A stretch of 64,000 nt of DNA, taken from NCBI RefSeq assembly GCF_009914755.1, contig NC_060940.1, one strand, 5' to 3'. The first letter of the stretch is position 1, and every line of letters starts with the position of its first letter. Shown here piece by piece: positions 60,101 to 64,000 of the stretch. The position numbers and the translations under genes were made by a program. The notes below the pieces were generated by a model, which was given only the letters and a program-made list of their open reading frames with translations, made no database searches and had not been told where the DNA came from. The DNA comes from the human T2T-CHM13v2.0 reference genome, Homo sapiens.

Positions 60101-60467
60101 TCGATTCCATTCGATAATGATTACATCCGAGTCCATTCGATGATTCCATTTGAGCCTGTTCGATAATTCCATTTGAGTCCAACCAATGATTCCATTCATT
60201 TCCATTCAATGATTCCATTCGAGTCCATTTGATCATTCCGGTAGGGTCCATTCGATGTTGATTCCATTGGAGTGCATTAGATGATTCCATTCGAATCCAT
60301 TCGATGATTCCATTCGATTCCATTCGATGTTGATTCTGTTCAAATCCATTCGATGATTCCACTCGATTCCATTCGATGACTCCATTTGATCCCATTCGAT
60401 GATTTCCTTTGATTCCCTTTGATGATCATTCCATTTGATTCAATTCGGTGATTTCATTTGATTCCAT
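57132..60467 (+). repeat. Short unit, 3336 bp (deletions A+B, without the 10-bp insertion)
   Basis: Landmarks 57132/60468. It carries the same local haplotype as the 29221 unit (GGATGAATCC ~58952, CCAGTCGAT ~59347). Confidence 0.92.
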
Positions 60468-63400
60468 TCAGTGATGTTTCCATTCGACTCCATTCGATGA
60501 TGATTCCATTCGACTCCATTCGATTATGATTTCATTCAATTCCATTCGATAATGATTCCCTTCGAGTCCATTCGATGATTCCATTCGATTCCATTCAACG
60601 ATGATTTGATTCGTGTCCATTCGATGATTCCATTTGATTCCACTTGATGATGATTCCATTCGAGTCCATTTGATGATTCCATTCAATTCCATACTCCGAT
60701 GATTTCTTTTGAGCCCACTCAATGCTTCCACTCGATTCCATATGATGATGACTCCATTCGATGAAATTCGATGATGATTCCATTCGCTTGCTTTCGATGA
60801 TGATTCCACTTGAGTCCGTTAGAAGATTCTATTCAATTACATTCCATGACGATTCCGTTCGTGTCCATTTGATGATTCCATTAGACTCCATTCGACGATG
60901 ATTCCATTCGATGTTATTCGATGATTCCATTCGATCTCATTCGTTGATGATTCCATTCAACTCCATTCGATGTTTCCATTCGAGTTCATTCTATTATTCC
61001 ATTAGATTCCATTCGATGATGATTCCATTCGATTCCATTTGATGATTGCATTCTATTTCATTTGATGATGATTCCATTCGAGTCCACTCGATGATTCCAT
61101 TCGAGTCCATTTAATGAATCCATTGGTTTCAATTCTATGATGATTACATTGGATTCCATTCGTTGATGATTTCATTCGGTTCCATTCAATGATGATTCTA
61201 TTCAATTCCTTTCAATGTTTCCATTCAATTCCATACGATGATGATTCCATTTGATTTGATTCGACAGTGAGCCATTCGATTCAATTCCATGATGTTTCTA
61301 TTTGATTCAATTGGTTGACATTTCCATTCGATTCCATTCGATGATGATTCCCTTTGATTCCATTCAAAGATGATTCCATTCTAGCCCATTCAATCATTCC
61401 ATTCGATTCTATTCAATGATGATTCCATTCATGTCGATTTGGTGATTCCATTTGACTTCATTTGATGATGATTCCTTTCAAGTTCATTAGATGATTCCAT
61501 TCGATTCCAATTGATGATGATCCCATTCGAGTCCATTCAGTGATTCCATTCGTTTCCATTCCATGATGATTCCATTCCATTCCATGCAATGATTCCATTC
61601 GATTCCGTTTGATGATGATTTAATTCGAGTCCATTTGATGATTCCATTTGATTCCATACGATGATGATTCCATTCGAGTCCATTCGATGATTCCATTCGA
61701 TTGCATTCGATGATTCCATTATATTCCATTCAACGATGATTCCATTCGAGTCCATTCGATGATTCCATTAGAGTACATTTAATGATTGCTTTGTTTTCAA
61801 TTCGAAGATGATTACATTCGATTCCATTCTATGGTACCATTCGATTCCATTCAATGATGACTCCACTCAAATCCATTGGATGATTCCATTCGTGTCCATT
61901 CGGTGATTTCATTAGATTCCATTCGAGGATGATTCCATTCGATTCCATTCGATGATTCCATTCAATTCCATTCGATGATGATTCCATTCGAGTCCATATG
62001 ATCATTCCATTTAATTTCATTCGATGATGATTCCACTCGATTCCATTCGACGATTCCATTCTATTCCATTCGATGATGATTCCATTCGAGTCCATTCGAT
62101 GATTCCATTCGAGTCCATTTAATGATTCCATTGGGTTCAATTCAATGATGATTACATTGGATTCCGTTCTATGATTCCATTCAATTCCGTTCATTGACAA
62201 TTTGATTCCATTCGATGATGATTCCATTTGAGTTCATTCGATGATTCTATTCGATTCTCTTCGATGGTGATTCAATTCTATTATATTGGATGATTCCATT
62301 CGATTCCATTTGATGTTGATTCAATTCGATTCTATTCGATGATGATTCCATTGGATTTCACTTGATGATTCTATTCGATTCCATTCAATGATGATTCACT
62401 TCTCGTCCATTGGATGATTCCATTTCATTCCATTCGATGATGATTCCATTCGATTCCATTCGATGATTCCATTTGATTCCATGCGACGGTGAGCAATTCG
62501 ATTCAATTCCATGATGATTCTATTTGATTCAATTAGATGATGTTTCCATTCGAATCCATTCCATGATTATTCCATTGGAATCCATTCGGTGATGATTCCA
62601 TATGAGTCAATTCAATGATGATTCCATATGGGTCCGTTCGATGATAATTCCATTTGATTTCATTCGATGCTTCTATTCAATTCCAGTTGATGATGATTCC
62701 GTTGGAGTCCATACGATGATTCCATTTGATTTCATTTCATGATGATTCCATTCGATTCCATTCGATGATGATTACATTGGATTCCATTCTATGATTCCAT
62801 TCAATTCCATTCGTTGATGATTCGATTCCCTTCAATGATGATTCCACTTGAGTTCATTCGATTATTCTATTCGATTCCGTTCGATGGTGATTCAATTCTC
62901 TTATATTGGATGATTCCACTCGATTCCATTTGATGATTATTCCATTGGAGTCCACTTAGTGAATCCTTTAGATTCTACTCGAAGATGATTCCATTCGAGT
63001 CCATTCGATGATACCATTCAATTCCATTCGTTGATACTTCCATTTAAGTGCATTCGATGATATCATTCGATTCCATTTGATGATAATTCCATTTGATTCC
63101 ATGCGATGATTCTATTCGATTCCATTCAATGATAATTCCATTCAATTCAGTGATTCCTCTGGACTCCATTTGATGATGATTCCATTCAATGATTCCATTC
63201 GATTCTATTCGAAAATGATTCCATTTGAATCCATTTGATGATGATTCCATTAGATTCCATTTGATGATTTCATTCGATTCCATTCGACGATGATTCCATT
63301 CGATTCCATTTGATGATTCCATTCTATTCTATTCGATGATGATTCCATTCGATTCCATTCGATGATGATTGGATTCGATTCCATTTGACTTCATTTGATT

Positions 63401-64000
63401 CCATTCGTTAATGATTTCGATCAATTCCATTCGATGATTCCATTCGATTCCATTCGATAATGATTACATCCGAGTCCATTCGATGATTCCATTTGAGCCC
63501 GTTCGATAATTCCATTTGAGTCCAATCAATGATTCCATTCATTTCCATTCAATGATTCCATTCGAGTCCATTTGATCATTCCGGTAGGGTCCATTCGATG
63601 TTGATTCCATTGGAGTGCATTCGATGATTCCATTCGAGTCCATTTTAGGATTGGATTCGAGTCCTTTCGATGATTCCATTCGACTCCACTCGATGATGAT
63701 TTCATTCGAGTCCATTCGACACTTCCAATCGATTCCATTTGATGTTTCCTTTCGAGTCCAATTGATGATTCCATTCAATTCCATTCGATGATGATTCCGT
63801 ACGGTTCCATTCTGTGATGATTCCATGTGATTGCATTCAATGATGATTCCTTTCGATTGCATTCGATTATGATTCATTTCGTCTTCATTCTATGGTTCCA
63901 CAGGTTTCCATTCGTGTCCATTCCATTATTCCATTCTATTCCATTTGATGATGATTCCATTCGATTCCATTCATTGGTGATTCCACTCAATTCCATTCAA
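60468..64000 (+). repeat. Partial second ~4.5-kb-type unit (deletion B only; segment A retained), truncated by the window end
   Basis: Deletion-B junction present at ~61670, and segment-A markers present at ~63641-63910. Confidence 0.88.

Larger units (their letters stand above)
1..64000 (+). repeat. Human Satellite II (HSat2/HSATII) pericentromeric satellite array, CATTC strand on +, probably HSat2B (chr16q11.2-like)
   Basis: Continuous diverged ATTCCATTCG ATTCCATTCG ATG(ATG) monomers with GAGTCC variants and dense TCGA/GANTC sites. The dominance of CATTCGATTC-type words over long pure (CATTC)n runs indicates HSat2 rather than HSat3. Subfamily and chromosome are inferred from the ~6.1-kb period and are less certain than the family call. 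Confidence 0.97.

Noticed and set aside
152-63877. Numerous 60-132 aa minus-strand ORFs (MESSNGIEWNHRM...)
   Set aside because: These are direct translations of GAATGGAATC/ATC repeats. They overlap in several frames, recur once per unit, and are freely broken or fused by indels. The minus-strand bias arises because the + strand is full of TGA (GATGAT) while the GAATG strand supplies ATG with few stops. There is no evidence of coding function.
1-64000. CRISPR-like or other repeat-spacer system
   Set aside because: There are no unique spacers between repeats and no cas or other genes; the intervening sequence is itself degenerate monomer.
1-64000. Inversion or embedded Alu/L1/ERV or alpha satellite
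   Set aside because: CATTC polarity is constant throughout. I saw no GAATG-strand block, poly(A) tail, target-site duplication or 171-bp monomer.

Overview
The whole 64 kb is one uninterrupted, single-orientation array of CATTC-derived classical satellite of the human Satellite II (HSat2/HSATII) type. It is built from diverged 23/26-bp monomers ((ATTCCATTCG)2 + (ATG)1-2), with the CATTC strand on +. I see no genes, transposons or unique sequence; all listed ORFs are translation artefacts of the GAATG strand. The informative signal is the kilobase-scale repeat structure. A once-per-unit landmark (TCAGTGATGTTTCC at about 519, 6631, 12741, 18171, 24267, 29221, 32557, 35903, 39249, 42595, 45941, 49287, 52633, 57132, 60468) gives successive periods of 6112, 6110, 5430, 6096, 4954, 3336, 6x3346, 4499 and 3336 bp. 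Every length is explained arithmetically from a 6112-bp parent unit by two large homology-bounded deletions (1158 and 1618 bp) plus a few smaller indels. The window therefore captures a transition from a 6.1-kb to a 3.3-kb unit, followed by a possible 7.84-kb (4.5+3.3 kb) composite unit. A ~6.1-kb period best fits the HSat2B array of human 16q11.2 (from recall, not verified here). I found no evidence for a new coding system.
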